From contig OX597821.1 in the NCBI GenBank assembly GCA_951406725.2, forward strand, positions 6,262,001 to 6,326,000: a DNA stretch of 64,000 nt, given 5' to 3'. The position numbers were made by a program, and so were the translations under genes. This document shows, in pieces, positions 13,144-26,280 of the stretch. The stretch is from Octopus vulgaris (lineage: Eukaryota). The notes under the pieces are model-generated. The model saw nothing but the letters and a program-made list of their open reading frames with translations. It did not search any database and was not told the DNA's origin. Positions within the stretch are counted from its first letter, which is position 1. Every line of letters starts with the position of its first letter.

Positions 13144-13230
13144 TGTAGTACGATCGTTTCATGCAACTCCATTTAATTGAACAATGCAATCACTACGTCA
13201 ATTTAAAATGCAGAGCAATCTTCATCTGCA
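13144..13230 (-). ncRNA. Decayed type I hammerhead ribozyme
   Basis: Minus strand: TGCAG-ATGAAGA-TTGC..GCAT-GAAA-CGATC-GTA-CTACA. Palindromic ACGATCGT stem III, C3 mutated. Confidence 0.55.
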
Positions 13231-13374
13231 CAAAAACAAAGAATTTAATTAACACAAGATGGACACATTAGTATAATTATACCTAAAATCTCCAAGAAGT
13301 TAAGGAGATAGACAAAGAACATGTTGTTCTTACTCCAGTATAGAAGTTACTAAGCTTTTCAAGAAGATATACAT

Positions 13375-13575
13375 TATTACATGCAATTTTTTCTTCCTTC
13401 TTCCTTTTCTTTTAGACTTTCCTATGTCTCCTATTTCCGAAGAAGAGCTTTGCTTGAAACATAAAACAACCACTTTTTCATTCCTTCTCTGAGCATCTTA
13501 TTAATACTATGCATGTACCACGTCCTCACGTTGTTGTTTTGTTCTTGTCTTTTTTCTCCGTTTTTTGATTAATTA
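13375..13575 (+). mobile_element. Short non-autonomous element with decayed minimal HHR (13434-13466)
   Basis: TTT-CCGAAGA-A-GAGC-TTT-GCTT-GAAA-CATA-AAA. Homologous to 33307-33505 (shared ctgagc.tct..taa.acta..c.tgt.ccacgtcctc.cgttgttgt). Confidence 0.55.
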
Positions 13576-13592
13576 TTTGTATATATATATAA

Positions 13593-13960
<368 letters not shown>

Positions 13961-14194
13961 ATATATATATATAACACACCTGTGCTGGTATCACATAAAA
14001 AGTACCCATACCAGTGCTGCATAAAGAGCACCTGTGTCAGTGCTATGTAAGTAGCACCCTGTACAACCTGGAAATTGGTTGGCTTTATGAAGGGCATCTA
14101 GCAATAGAAACCATGTCCAAACAGACAACTAGAGCCTAGTGCAGGCCTCGTGGCTTGCCAGCTCCTGTCAAACTGTCCAAGCCATGGATGTTAA

Positions 14195-14283
<89 letters not shown>

Positions 14284-14284
<1 letters not shown>

Positions 14285-14670
14285 GAGGAGCAATGGCCCA
14301 GTGGTTAGGGCAGCAATACTCACAGTCGTGGGATTGTGGTTTCGATTCTCAAACCGGGCGTTGTGAGTGTTTATCGAGCAAAAACATCTAAAGCTCCACA
14401 AGGCTCTCGCAGGGAGTGGTGGCTAACCCTGCTGTACTCTCTCTCTCTCAACAATTTTCTCTCACTCTTTCTTCCTGTTTCTGTTGTACCTGTATTTCAA
14501 AAGGTCAGCCTCATCACACTCTGCGTCATGCTGAATCTCCCTGAGAACTACGTTAAGGGTACACGTGACTGTGGAGTGCTCAGCCACTTGCGCATTAATT
14601 TCACGAGCAGGCTGTTCCGTTGATTGGATCAACTGCAACTCTCGTCGTCATAACCAACAGGGTGCCACGA
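14284..14670 (+). mobile_element. SINE family C, tail type iii
   Basis: Same tRNA head. 3' part matches 32780-32970 and 25050-25200. Confidence 0.82.
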
Positions 14671-15029
14671 TATATGTATGTATATGTATCTATGTATGCA
14701 TGCGTTTTTATATATATATATATAGATGTATGTATGTATCTATCTATATGTGTGTGATGAGTTTATTGTATTCAGTACTCAGCTGCATTAGATCATGTAT
14801 GTATATGTATAATCACTTGAAATATATGTTGATAACAACAAGTTGATCAATAATTTTTCTGCCAGCTGATGAAACCTACTTATTTTATGTACTATAACAA
14901 TGCTCCAAATTTGAGGACCTCTTCGAAAATGGAATGAATACAAAGGACTATACTATCTTCTGATCTCTTTAAATGATATAGTGTCACAAGAGTCTTTGGG
15001 TAGCACATAAACAGAAGAGGACATACCTG

Positions 15030-15134
<105 letters not shown>

Positions 15135-15269
15135 GCATACATCTATCCATTCATCCATCTATCTGTCCATTTGTCTGTCCATGCATGCATGCATCTATTT
15201 ATCTTTCTATCACATGCACACATACATACATGCATACACATTGACACACACACACACACACACACACAA

Positions 15270-15450
15270 GTACACGGCTGCACACACACACATGGCTGCA
15301 CACACGCACACATGGCTGCACACACACATATGGCTGCACATGCACACACACACACACGGCTGCACACACACATATATGGCTGCACACACGACTGCACACA
15401 CACATACATGGCTGCACATGCACACACACATATGGCTGCACACACACACA
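15270..15450. repeat. Compound (CA)n minisatellite with ggctgcac anchor
   Basis: About 8 repeats of (at)ggctgcaca(ca)n. Confidence 0.8.
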
Positions 15451-15713
15451 CACATGCACACACACACACACACATACACGCGCACACATGCATACATAAA
15501 CATGCACACACACACACACATGCACACTCACACACACAAGCACGCACACACGCACCCACCCTTACATGCACTCTTCCTTATTTTTCCACCGGCCTTCTTC
15601 CTGTCTCCAGCATATACACATCGCAATTTCTCTCTCTCACTCATTCGTTGCCTTTTTTTCTTCTTTTCTTCATTTTCTAATTTACACTGCCCCATCCTTC
15701 CACCCAAATCACG

Positions 15714-15744
<31 letters not shown>

Positions 15745-16069
15745 ACACACGTACAGACCTTTCCCCTCTACATACATCTACATATATACCTACCCAGAAA
15801 CGAACTCCTACAAACACCCACCAAAATATAGAAATGGATTCTGAGAATGACAACAAAAGCAGCAGCAGCAACAATGACAACAACAACAACAACAGCAAAA
15901 ATAATAATGATAATGATGACTGCCCCTTTCCTGCACAGACAGAAGATCCATACACACACACACACACGAGCAAGGTCTCTTGTTCCTTAATTGTTTCTAA
16001 CATCCCTCCTCAACCTGCCGCCCACACAGATTTTGATGAAGTAAAATGTCTTTAAATTCATCTGCAACC

Positions 16070-16200
16070 CTTCTTCTTCTTCTTCTTCTTCTTCTTCTTC
16101 TTCTTCTTCTTCTTCTTCTTCTCCTTCTCCTTCTCCTTCTTCTTTTCCTTCTTCTTCTTCTCCTCCTCCTCCTCCTCCTCCTCCTCCTCCTCCTCCTCCT

Positions 16201-16242
<42 letters not shown>

Positions 16243-16245
16243 TTC
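16070..16245. repeat. (CTT)n(CCT)n(CT)n(T)n compound microsatellite
   Basis: Directly visible. Confidence 0.95.
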
Positions 16246-16490
16246 AGAATGCTGTTGCGAAATATCGGTCAAGAGATGGTTGTTAATACAGTATAAATTA
16301 GCCGACCTGTACTGAAGAGGAGGAGCATGTGAAGGGAGGGAAGACGTTGATGTGTGTGTGTGTATGTGTGTGTGTGTGTGTGTGTATGTGTGTGTGTGTT
16401 GATGGTGAGAGAGTGCTGAGTATAGAGAGGATGAGAGAGGGGATAAGAATTAGAGTGAGAGAAAAAATTAAAAGCTAGAGTGTATATATA

Positions 16491-16532
<42 letters not shown>

Positions 16533-16721
16533 TTATATACACTAATATGTATATATGTATATATATGTGTATCTATCTGTATGTGAGTATCTATATGTAT
16601 GTATCTATATGTATGTGTCTATCTATCTATATATGTATATCTGTATGTGTGTATCTATCTATATGTGTGTACCTATATGTGTGTATCTATCTGTCAATCT
16701 GTCTTTGAGTCTATCTATCAG

Positions 16722-16755
<34 letters not shown>

Positions 16756-16965
16756 CATTTATCTATCTGTCTACATATTTGTCTATCAATCTACCTATCT
16801 ATCTATATACATATGCATGTGTGTGTGTGTGTATGTGCATGTGTGCATGCGTGTGTATGTATGTGTGTATGTGTGTGTATTTATATTTGTAGTCATCTAA
16901 GGAGCCATAAGTCAGGAAAAAACAGGCACTTGTATATTCACCAGCAGAGCAGATATACTAATATA

Positions 16966-16998
<33 letters not shown>

Positions 16999-17686
16999 GT
17001 CAGCCCTTTCACACTTAGCTCATTCAACTCTTCGTTCTTTCATTCTCTTTCGTTCCCCCTCTCTCACATTTCCTGGCCTTCTATTTATGCTCACTTTGCC
17101 TCTTTCATTTCACTGTGTCTCTTTCATTTTACACTTGCTTCTCTTAATTCTTCTATCCCTCTGCCTCTACCTTTCTCCCTTCTCTCCCCACGTGACCAGT
17201 GTTTGGCCAGGCTTGACCTTGCTTTCTTGGTTGGACTACTGTCCGTGCAACATCTATATTCCACCCTGTGTCTGTTAAATCTTATGACTCTGCCGTAAGG
17301 CTTTACTTCCACATGCGCCAGCTTAATTTAATTCGTCCTTAGTCGAAAGACACCTGTTGTTATGTCCTGGTATTTGTATTTGTGTAACATTTCTCTGTTT
17401 TTTTTTTCCGTACTTGTTTTTGTATACATTCGCTGCTTTCTTCCAAGGAATGTAATGCTCTTAGCTTATTTTTTCCTTGGGGCTGGCCATATTGGAGCAA
17501 TCTCGAGTATAACCAGCCGAAATTGCAAAGATAATCTGGAACTCGACTGCGGACAGAAAACTCTGAATGATCCGTCCTTGTTTTCCTTGTATCATCTGTC
17601 TGGATATTTTGTTGCCTCTTCTTTGTTTCACCTAAATGTTTGGATTATTTGCGTTCTTGTCCCATTTTTATATTTCAATATATATA

Positions 17687-18085
17687 TCTTTATATATATA
17701 AAAGTGAGGTTGTATGCTGTCTGTCTCCTATGATTTAGATTCCTAACTACTCCCACATTTTGCGGTGCAGTTTAACCAAAACCGGGTATATTATAGTCGT
17801 AATTCATATCAAGCCCTTCTGGGTATTAGCGCGCATCTATGATGAGACTACGATTTAAAAAAAAATTTACCATCAATTTTTCCCATTTTTAATGCATTTT
17901 TGGCATATATAAGGGAAGTAACTCTTTAAAAATTTATTATTAAATCTCAGAATATAAAAAGCTACGGTAACACCACCCCCTTTGTGGTTAGCCATATTGA
18001 GATGGTTATTATACTTTACATCTCTAAAAATGCTAATATAGTTATTTTCCTTACAAACCCGAGCAACGCCGGGCGATACTGCTAG
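17687..18085 (+). mobile_element. Non-autonomous Helitron
   Basis: A|TC start, GC hairpin cccgagcaacgccggg (18058-18073), CTAG|T end, no TSD. Second copy at 42740-43134. Confidence 0.85.
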
Positions 18086-18367
18086 TATATATATAAAAAT
18101 GAGTAAATATTTCAAATGAATATTCACAAAGATATTATTATTATTATCATTATCAGCAGTAAGTCTAAATAACTGATAATAATCAACACCAATAATATTA
18201 GTGGCAGCAAGCAATGTTAGCATTAAATATCTATACAATAAATTACAATAGAGGGTACACAAAGCACCAGCTTGCTAGAAAGGAGAGTCAAAATCCCTAA
18301 CTTATCCACCAATCTCACTGAAAATATGGTCTGTTGCATCTTTTGCATGTTTTAATTATAATTATGA

Positions 18368-18415
<48 letters not shown>

Positions 18416-18597
18416 AATATTATAGTTCCATTTCAGCTGCTTTTACCAGTCATTTTCTCATATGAGAATTAAGGGAAAGTCCAATACCTGTACTCATCAA
18501 AAGGCGCTTTTGATGAATGATGGCAATGGGATACCAAGAGGTTGCTGTTATGCTACCTCTGAAGAGCATAAAATTACATAACTGGGCAGTTACCTAA

Positions 18598-18637
18598 CAC
18601 TCTGTTGAACCCCTGGTGTGAAACCAATTGGTAAGAT
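18598..18637 (+). ncRNA. Decayed hammerhead-like motif
   Basis: CT-CTGTTGA-ACCCCTGGTGT-GAAA-CCAATTG-GTA-AG. Palindromic ACCAATTGGT stem III, similar to the 52912-52927 motif. Confidence 0.42.
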
Positions 18638-19460
18638 TGGCCATAATGGAAATATAATACCATACACTTCAATTAATATACCCAGATATGCAAGTGCAAT
18701 TAATATACCCAGATACACCCAAATATACAAGTGTGTTTTTTCTTGACTTATGGACTCTTTCATGTGTTACACACACACACATACACACACATCATCATCA
18801 TCATTTAACGTCTGATTTCCTGTCTAATGTGGCATGGTTTCTACAGCTGGATGCCCTTCCTAACACCAACCACTCCAACAGTGTAAATATATATGTTTAA
18901 TATACGTAATACAGTATTTATATATATATAAATCATCATCATCATCATTTAGCATCCGCTTTCCATGCTAGCATGGGTTGGACGGTTCAACTGGGGTCTG
19001 GGAAGCCAGAGGGCTGCACTAGGCCCAGTCTGATCTGGCAATGTTTCTACGGCTGGATGCCCTTCCTAACGCCAACCACTCCGTGAGTGTAGTGGGTGCT
19101 TTTTACGTGCCACCGGCATGGGGGCCAGGCAAGGCTGGCAATGGCCACGATCGGATGGTGCTTTTTACGTGCCACCGGCATGATGATGATGTTATATATA
19201 TATATAACATCATCATCATCGTTTAACATCTGCCATGTTTTACTTTTTCACTTGCTTCAGTCATTAGAGTGCAACCATGCTGAGGCAATGGTTTGAAGAA
19301 TTTTAGTTTAATGAATTGACCCCAATACTTATTTTGCTAATCCTGGTATTTATTCAGTTGGTCTCTTTTGTCAAATCACTAAGTTACAGGAACATAAACA
19401 CACCAACACCAGTTGTCAAGTGGTGGATGGGGGAAGAGCATACATATACATAAACATCTA

Positions 19461-19503
<43 letters not shown>

Positions 19504-19626
19504 ATACATGCACAAATATATATATATATATATATATTTAATTTTACCAATATGTTTGTTTTTTTATACGCTAGCCACTGATATAATCATGTTAATGCTT
19601 ACATCCTCAATTTATATATGTATATA

Positions 19627-20030
19627 TCGTGGCCGTTGCCAGTCTCGCCTGGCTCCCATGCTGGTGGCACATAAAAAGCACCATCCGATCGTGGTCGTTG
19701 CCAGCCTCGCCTGGCTCCTGTGCCGGTGGCACATAAAAAGCACCACCCGATCGTGGCCGTTGCCAGCCTCACCTGGCCCTGTGCCGGTAGCACGTAAAAA
19801 GCACCATCCGACCGTGGCCATTTGCCAGCCTCGTCTGGCAACTGTGCCGGTGGCATGTAAAAATCACCCACTACACTCACGGAGTGGTTGGCGTTAGGAA
19901 GGGCAGCCAGCCGTAGAAACACTGCCAGATCAGACTGGAGCCTGGTGCAGCCTTCTGGCTTCCCAGACCCCTGTTGAACCGTCCAACCCATGCTAGCATG
20001 GAAAGCGGATGCTAAATGATGATGATGATG
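19627..20030 (+). mobile_element. RTE 3'-UTR fragment with four ~62-bp tandem units
   Basis: Matches 37194-37500. Unit cgtggccgttgccagcctcgcctggc..gtggcacgtaaaaagcaccatccgat occurs four times. (GAT)n tail. Confidence 0.82.
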
Positions 20031-20797
20031 ATATATATATATATATATTTATATATATATTGTATACAGTGGACTTTTCTCAGTTTCAGTCCTACCAAAT
20101 CCATCCACAAGGCCTTAGTTGGTGTTGGCTCAATGTTATAGTAGAAGACACTTGCCCACAGTACCACACAGTGGAATTAAACTCAGAAACATGTGGTTGG
20201 GAAGCAAGCTTTTTACCACACAGCCATTCCTGCATAGTCTGACTGTAATTTTCCAAGTTGAAACCAGGACCATTGAGAAACATCTTTCATGAAATATTCT
20301 TATCATTTTTAAAGCTTTCCTCATTTTGTTTCACTTTCCTCAATAAGGTCTTTTTGCACTGCAATATAAATAATAAATACACAGTCTTTTTTGTATTCTC
20401 TTAGATTTAAAATAAGGTTTTGTATTTCTAGTTTAGATATCTACTGCATTGGCGTTATCTTTCTCTGGAGCCTGAAATACTTTTTTGAAATGTTGAGTTT
20501 AAGTTGTCCCCATACAAACCCTAAATACATATCTCTATAATCATTTTCAAAAATTTGTCTTATCAATTTCGGGCAGTGTTTTGGCGACAAATATGTAGAT
20601 GGTTTTTCAACTGCTGGTGCCATTGATAAAAATCTGGTGTGACCATATCATAATAGCATTTTGTATTCCATTCCAGGAAAGTCACAAAATTCTTTTAGCT
20701 ATGATACATGCATGAACTGTGTAAATGTAAAATTTGAAAATTTTTACAATAAGTGCTGAGATTATCAATTGGTAAAAGCATTCACAAAGACAGATAG

Positions 20798-21053
20798 ATG
20801 ATGATGATGATGATGGTGGAGGTGGTGGTGATGATGATGATGGTGGTGGTGGTGGTGGTGATGGTGGTGGTGATGGCGATGATGATGATGGTGGTGGTGG
20901 TGGTGGTGATGGTGGTGGCGGCGGCGGTGGTGGTGATGATGATGATGGTGGTAGAGGGGGTGGTGGTGGTGGCAGTGATGATGATGATGTTGACGATGAT
21001 GATGGTGGTGGTGGTGGCAGTGGTGGTGATGATGATGATTATGATGATAATGA

Positions 21054-21087
<34 letters not shown>

Positions 21088-21165
21088 GGTGGTAGTGATA
21101 ATGATGGTGGTGATGAAGATGATGATGATGGTAATGATGATGGTGATGATGACGATAATGATGTA
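20798..21165. repeat. (GAT/GGT)n compound trinucleotide repeat
   Basis: Directly visible. Confidence 0.95.
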
Positions 21166-21220
21166 AGTTATTCAAATTGCACATTTCGGTGTTCTTCTCC
21201 ATTTCGAGTAAAGAGTAGCT

Positions 21221-21575
21221 TTCAGAAGCAGAAGCGATGCACCATGATTGAGTTCTTGATGAAAGTGAGGAGCAGGCTGTTTGACAACAATGGAAGGCTA
21301 CAGCTTGGTCATCGAAATGGTGTCAATGACAATGTTCACAAATTTGATGGAGAAGTTTAAAGAAGGAGAAACCAGCATTGAAGGCAAACCTGAGAGTGGG
21401 ATACCATCAACTGTAATTACTGGTATGAATCACCAGCAAGTGGATGAATTGATTCCTGTGAACAGACAAGTTCACAATCCAGGAGTTTGCTGTAGTACTG
21501 GACTGTAGCCACAATGCATTACAGAAGATGAAGTGGGGGAGAATCTGGGTATCAAATAATGTGATGAATTGGGTG

Positions 21576-21612
<37 letters not shown>

Positions 21613-22640
21613 GTTTAACGTCCGCTTTCCATGCTAGCACGGGTTGGACGATTTGACTGAGGTCTGGCAAACCAGATGGCTGCACCAGGCTCCGATCTCA
21701 TCTGGCAGAGTTTTTACAGCCGGGTGCCCTTCCTAATGCCAACCACTTTGAGAGTGTAGTGGGTGCTTTTATGTGCTGTCGGTTCGAAGGCCAGTCAGGC
21801 GGTACTGGCAACGGCCACCTCAAATGGTGCTTTTTATGTGCCACCTGCATGGGAGCCAGTCCAGCGGCACTGGCAATGACCTCGCTTGAATGTTTGTTTC
21901 ATGTGCCACCAGCACAAGTGCCAGTAAGGTGACGCAAGTAACGATCATGCTCGAATGTTGCTTTTTACATGCCACCAGCATGGAAGCCAGTTTGTTGCTC
22001 TGGCAACAATCACGCTTGGATGGTACTCTTAGCACTCCACTAGCACCTGATATGAAGGAGAAGGGAAAGAGTGTGCTCTGATCTGCTGGAAGCATTTGAA
22101 GCCAATGTAGACACATTGTTTTCCCATTCTAGTGACAGGGGATGAAACTTGGGTGTATTTTTACGATGCAGAAATAAAGGCTCTGGTCAAGGAATAACAT
22201 TACACCTCTTCTCCCTGGCTTATGAAGTTCAAAAGTCAATGAGAAGCATAGAAAGTCATGGTAACTGCTTTTGCGGGGATAATAAGAGTGGTATTCTCCT
22301 TGGTTTTTCTGGAACATGGATGTACTATGAACAATGAACAGTATAATTGAGACACTCAAAAATTTGAGATCGTTTGGAGGAAGAGATCAAACAAGGATCT
22401 GAGAATGATTCCACATTCACCATTACAATGGGGGATCAAACACATCTTTGGCCACAAATCAGGCAATCGGAAAACTAGGTCGGTCAGTGGTCTCTTATAT
22501 ACTGTAATAGCCCAGATATGATACCCTCTGACTTCTATCTGTTCAGTCCTATGATGGACTGTCTTTGGGGATAATGATTTGATGAGACAGACGAGGTGAG
22601 AATGTGAGTGAAGTGGGTACTATAGTGCAAACCCGAATTG
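21221..22640 (+). pseudogene. Decayed mariner (DD34D) transposase interrupted by an RTE 3' end
   Basis: KFKEGETSIEGKPESGIPST (HTH/GRP region), WV at 21570, LVTGDETWVYFYD (22129-22167), KVMVT, HHYNG, SPDMIPSDFYLF. Many stops and frameshifts. Confidence 0.85.
21576..22040 (-). mobile_element. RTE 3'-UTR fragment (others near 10130+, 13980+, 18935-, 27615-, 28980+, 29868-, 41800+, 46045-, 51825-, 54120-, 55435-, 63650+)
   Basis: (CAT)n-cgtttaacgtccg..ccatgctagcatgggttggacg..gatgcccttcctaacgccaacc, shared with the RT-bearing copy at 37194. Confidence 0.82.
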
Positions 22641-22665
22641 CTTTCCAATGCATTATTAGCTATAC

Positions 22666-23311
22666 CATGGGTTCTCAAAGTGGGTGCTATTGCCCCTAGT
22701 GGGCGCTGGTGTCTAAGGGGGTGCTGTGGGTGGGTGGGGAGTGCGGTAGAGAAAAAGGAGGCATTGGGAGGACGGTAGCAGATTGGGGGATGCTATGAAT
22801 TTATAATATTATTATAGTATTGTATACAAGTTATATATTATATTAAATATTAAATGATTCATAGTATATATAAATTAGTGATCACGTGATCACGTGACCG
22901 ACCAGACCATCAGATGTTGTTACACATCGCTGGTCACAATGCGTTCACATTGTTTTAGCCTTCGAATGACGCCACCCCGCTGGCTAAGCGAGCAGGGCAA
23001 CAGAAGAAAGAGTGAGAGAAAGAGTGATGAAAGAGTACAGTAGGAATCACCACCCCCTGCCGGAGCCTCGTGGAGCTTTTAGGTGTTTTCGCTCAATAAA
23101 CACTCACAACGCCCGGTCTGGGAATCGAAACCGCGATCCTGCGACCGCGAGTCTGCTGCCCTGACCACTAGGCCATTGCGCCTCCAATATATATATATAA
23201 ATTAGTAAAATATAAAATATTTTATTTATACATAAAAAATAGGGGTGGGGGTGCAGAGGGTATTATATGGCCATGATGGGGGTGGTGGCCCAAAAAGTCT
23301 GAGAACTTCTG
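22666..23311. mobile_element. hAT-type MITE with nested SINE
   Basis: Degenerate TIRs catgggttctcaaa / tctgagaacttctg. 8-bp TSD agctatac/agctttac. Confidence 0.7.
22878..23186 (-). mobile_element. SINE family C, tail type ii
   Basis: CpG-rich young copy, near-identical to 45427-45737. Confidence 0.85.
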
Positions 23312-24289
23312 AGCTTTACAGATGATGTTGTTAAGTACTTTTGTAAAGAGGAAAAGTTACTTTACTAACAGGTACAGTTTGAACAACCTATGTTAGTTAA
23401 TAAAAGATGTTATGTCTATTTCTGCATCACTTTCGGCACAATTATGTGTGAGTGAGTGCGTGTGTGTGTGTGTGCATGCATGTGCATGTAAATACTGCTT
23501 CAAATAAGCTCCTTTCTAACCAATACTAGCATGGATAAATGTACATTAAGCAAACAAGTATATACATGTACATGACTACACACACACACACATGTATGTA
23601 TATATATATATATATACATGCATACAAACATATATATATATAATTATTTATATACATACACACATATAAATATATACATATGATTATTCATATATATATA
23701 TACATACATGCAAATGTGTGTGTATACTAGTTTGTTTGTCTAGTTTAACACCCATAAACATATATGAATAATTATATATGCATATATATATATATATATA
23801 TCTGGGTTTGAGTGTGTGTTAACTATACATACATGTGTATATACATACATACATATGTACATACAGATAAACATACATATATATGTACCTACATATACAT
23901 ATGTATGTACATATATGTGTATATATACACATACATGTGTATATATACACATACATATGTATGTACCTACATATATACCTGACTATATTATGCATGCTTC
24001 TGTATGCATGTCATGCTACATTACACTCTTGCCATCATCTCAAATTGCATTATTTATATAAATGCACTGAGGCACACATCTACACTTGAGGTAGATTATA
24101 TAAATGAATGTATACATAAAGAGCGAAAGAGAGAGAGTGAGTGAGAAAGAGAGAGAGAGAGAAAAAGAGAGAGAGAGAGAAAGGGGGTGTATGATGTTTG
24201 ACAGTTGGTTAAAAGGTTAGAAGCATTTTCTGATGATGGATTTTGTCTAGATGTAAGTCATCTGGCTCAGTCTTCTTCGTTTCCTTCAT

Positions 24290-24320
24290 CATAGTTGTCA
24301 TCACCACCACCACAACCATC

Positions 24321-24385
<65 letters not shown>

Positions 24386-24745
24386 CATCATCTTGTTGTT
24401 GTCCTCCTCCTCCTCCCTTCTTCTTCTTCTTCTTCTTCTTCTTCTTCTTCTTCTTCTTCTTCTTCTTCTTCTTCTTCTTCTTCTTCTTCTTCTTGTGCTG
24501 CTTCTGCTTCTTTATCATCTTCATGATTATGAAAATGATGATGATATGAACTCGATCATTCTGATGATGATGATTATAATCATCATAATCATCTTGTTCA
24601 CTTCTATCATCATCATCAATATCATCATTACCTTGTTGTCATCATTGCTGCTGTTTTCGTCATTGAGACTATCACTGTTGTCACTAATATCATCATCTTC
24701 ATCATCATCATTACCACCACCATCATCATCATCACCATCATTATC
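24290..24745. repeat. (CAT)n(CTT)n compound trinucleotide repeat
   Basis: Directly visible. Confidence 0.92.
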
Positions 24746-25439
24746 TAGCTGCATAGCATTACTTGAGTTGGTCACTTGACTTGGTAGCTAATCAATGAAA
24801 ACCTTAAAAAGGGTCAGTGACATGCACTAAGTATGGTAGCAGCTGTAGCCCACTTTATTAAGTCATTCATAATCTCATAAGAATTGTTGAACTAACGTAA
24901 TCAGCTTACCTTCTGATTCAGGGCACAACATGTTTATTTACATCAAGAAGGATGTCACACATACCACGTCTCCTCTATGTCAATGGTTTCCAGCACAGGT
25001 CGGCACAGTTTCTAGCAGTTTCATGACTAAGAGTCTGCAAAGGTTGATGACGGTTCCAATGAAACAAGCCTGCTTGTGAAATTAATGTGCAAGTGGCTGA
25101 GTGCTCCACAGACACATGCACCCTTAATATAGTTCTCAGGAGAATTCAGCATGACACAGAATGTGACAAGGCTGGCCCTTTGAATTACAGGTACTACTCA
25201 TTTTTGCTTGCTGAATGGACTGGAGCAATGTGAAATAAAGTGTCTTGCTCAAGGACACAATGCTGAGAATTGAACTTATGATCTTACAACCATAAGCCAA
25301 ATACCCTAACCACTAAGCCACACACCTTTAGGATATATATGTCTGTGAAATACTCAACCACTTAGTCTTGTATACTACAAGATGGACTATATTTGTAAAT
25401 CAAAGAGCCAATTTTGTCATATATCTGTCACTGATTGAG

Positions 25440-26280
25440 TTCTCATCCAACTTATACTATTCTTAATCCAACTCAGCATATTTTCCTTAATCCAACCCAT
25501 TCTACTTTCTTCAATCCAGCCTGCAGTATTCTCCTTAATCCAACACAAGAAGATCTCTTTAATCTAATTCAACCCTCAGTATTCTTAACCTAACCTATAG
25601 AATTCTTTTTAATCCAACATACAAATTCTCCTTAATCCAATACATCATATCCTCCTTAATCCATCCCACCATATTCTCTTTAATCCAACCCACCACATTC
25701 TTCTTAATCCAACCCACTATATCCTCCTTAATCCACCCTGCCATAGTTTCCTTAACCTAACCCAGCATATCCTCCTAAATCTAACCCACCATATTCTCCT
25801 TAATCCACCCCACCATATTTTCTTTAATCCAACCTACCATATTCTTCTTAATCCACCCACCATATTCTCCTTCATCTAATACACCATATCCTCCAAATCC
25901 AACCCACCATATTCTCCTTGATCCAACCCACTATATCCTCCTTAATCCACCCCACCATATTTTCTTTAATCCAACCTACCATATTCTTCTTAATCCACCC
26001 ACCATATTCTCCTTCATCTAATACACCATATCCTCCTTAATCTAACCCACCATATTATCCTTGATCCAACCCACTATATCCTCCTTAATCCACCCCACCA
26101 TATTTTCTTTAATCCAACCTACCATATTCTTCTTAATCCACCCACCATATTCTCCTTCATCTAATACACCATATCCTCCAAATCCAACCCACCATATTCT
26201 CCTTGATCCAACCCACTATATCCTCCTTAATTCACCCCACCATATTCTCTTTAATTCACCCCACCATCTACTCCTTAACC
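25440..26280. repeat. ~23-24-bp minisatellite with ~142-bp higher-order repeat
   Basis: Monomer aatccaacccaccatattctcctt. A six-monomer block restarts at 25801, 25943 and 26086. Confidence 0.88.

Noticed and set aside
14866-14935. CTGATGA..CGAAA as another hammerhead
   Set aside because: No convincing stem II, stem III or NUH geometry could be built.
15834-16055. ORF ending SLIVSNIP, superficially like the start of a calcipressin/RRM domain
   Set aside because: The match is only a few residues, the ORF contains a (CA)n run, and no downstream exons with the expected motifs were found.
20765-21202. Poly-His ORF suggesting a metal-binding or beak-type protein
   Set aside because: Pure (CAT/CAC)n repeat with no signal peptide or flanking exon evidence; similar tracts occur throughout the window.
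25440-26280. CRISPR-like array
   Set aside because: Contiguous monomers with no unique spacers, in a eukaryotic context.
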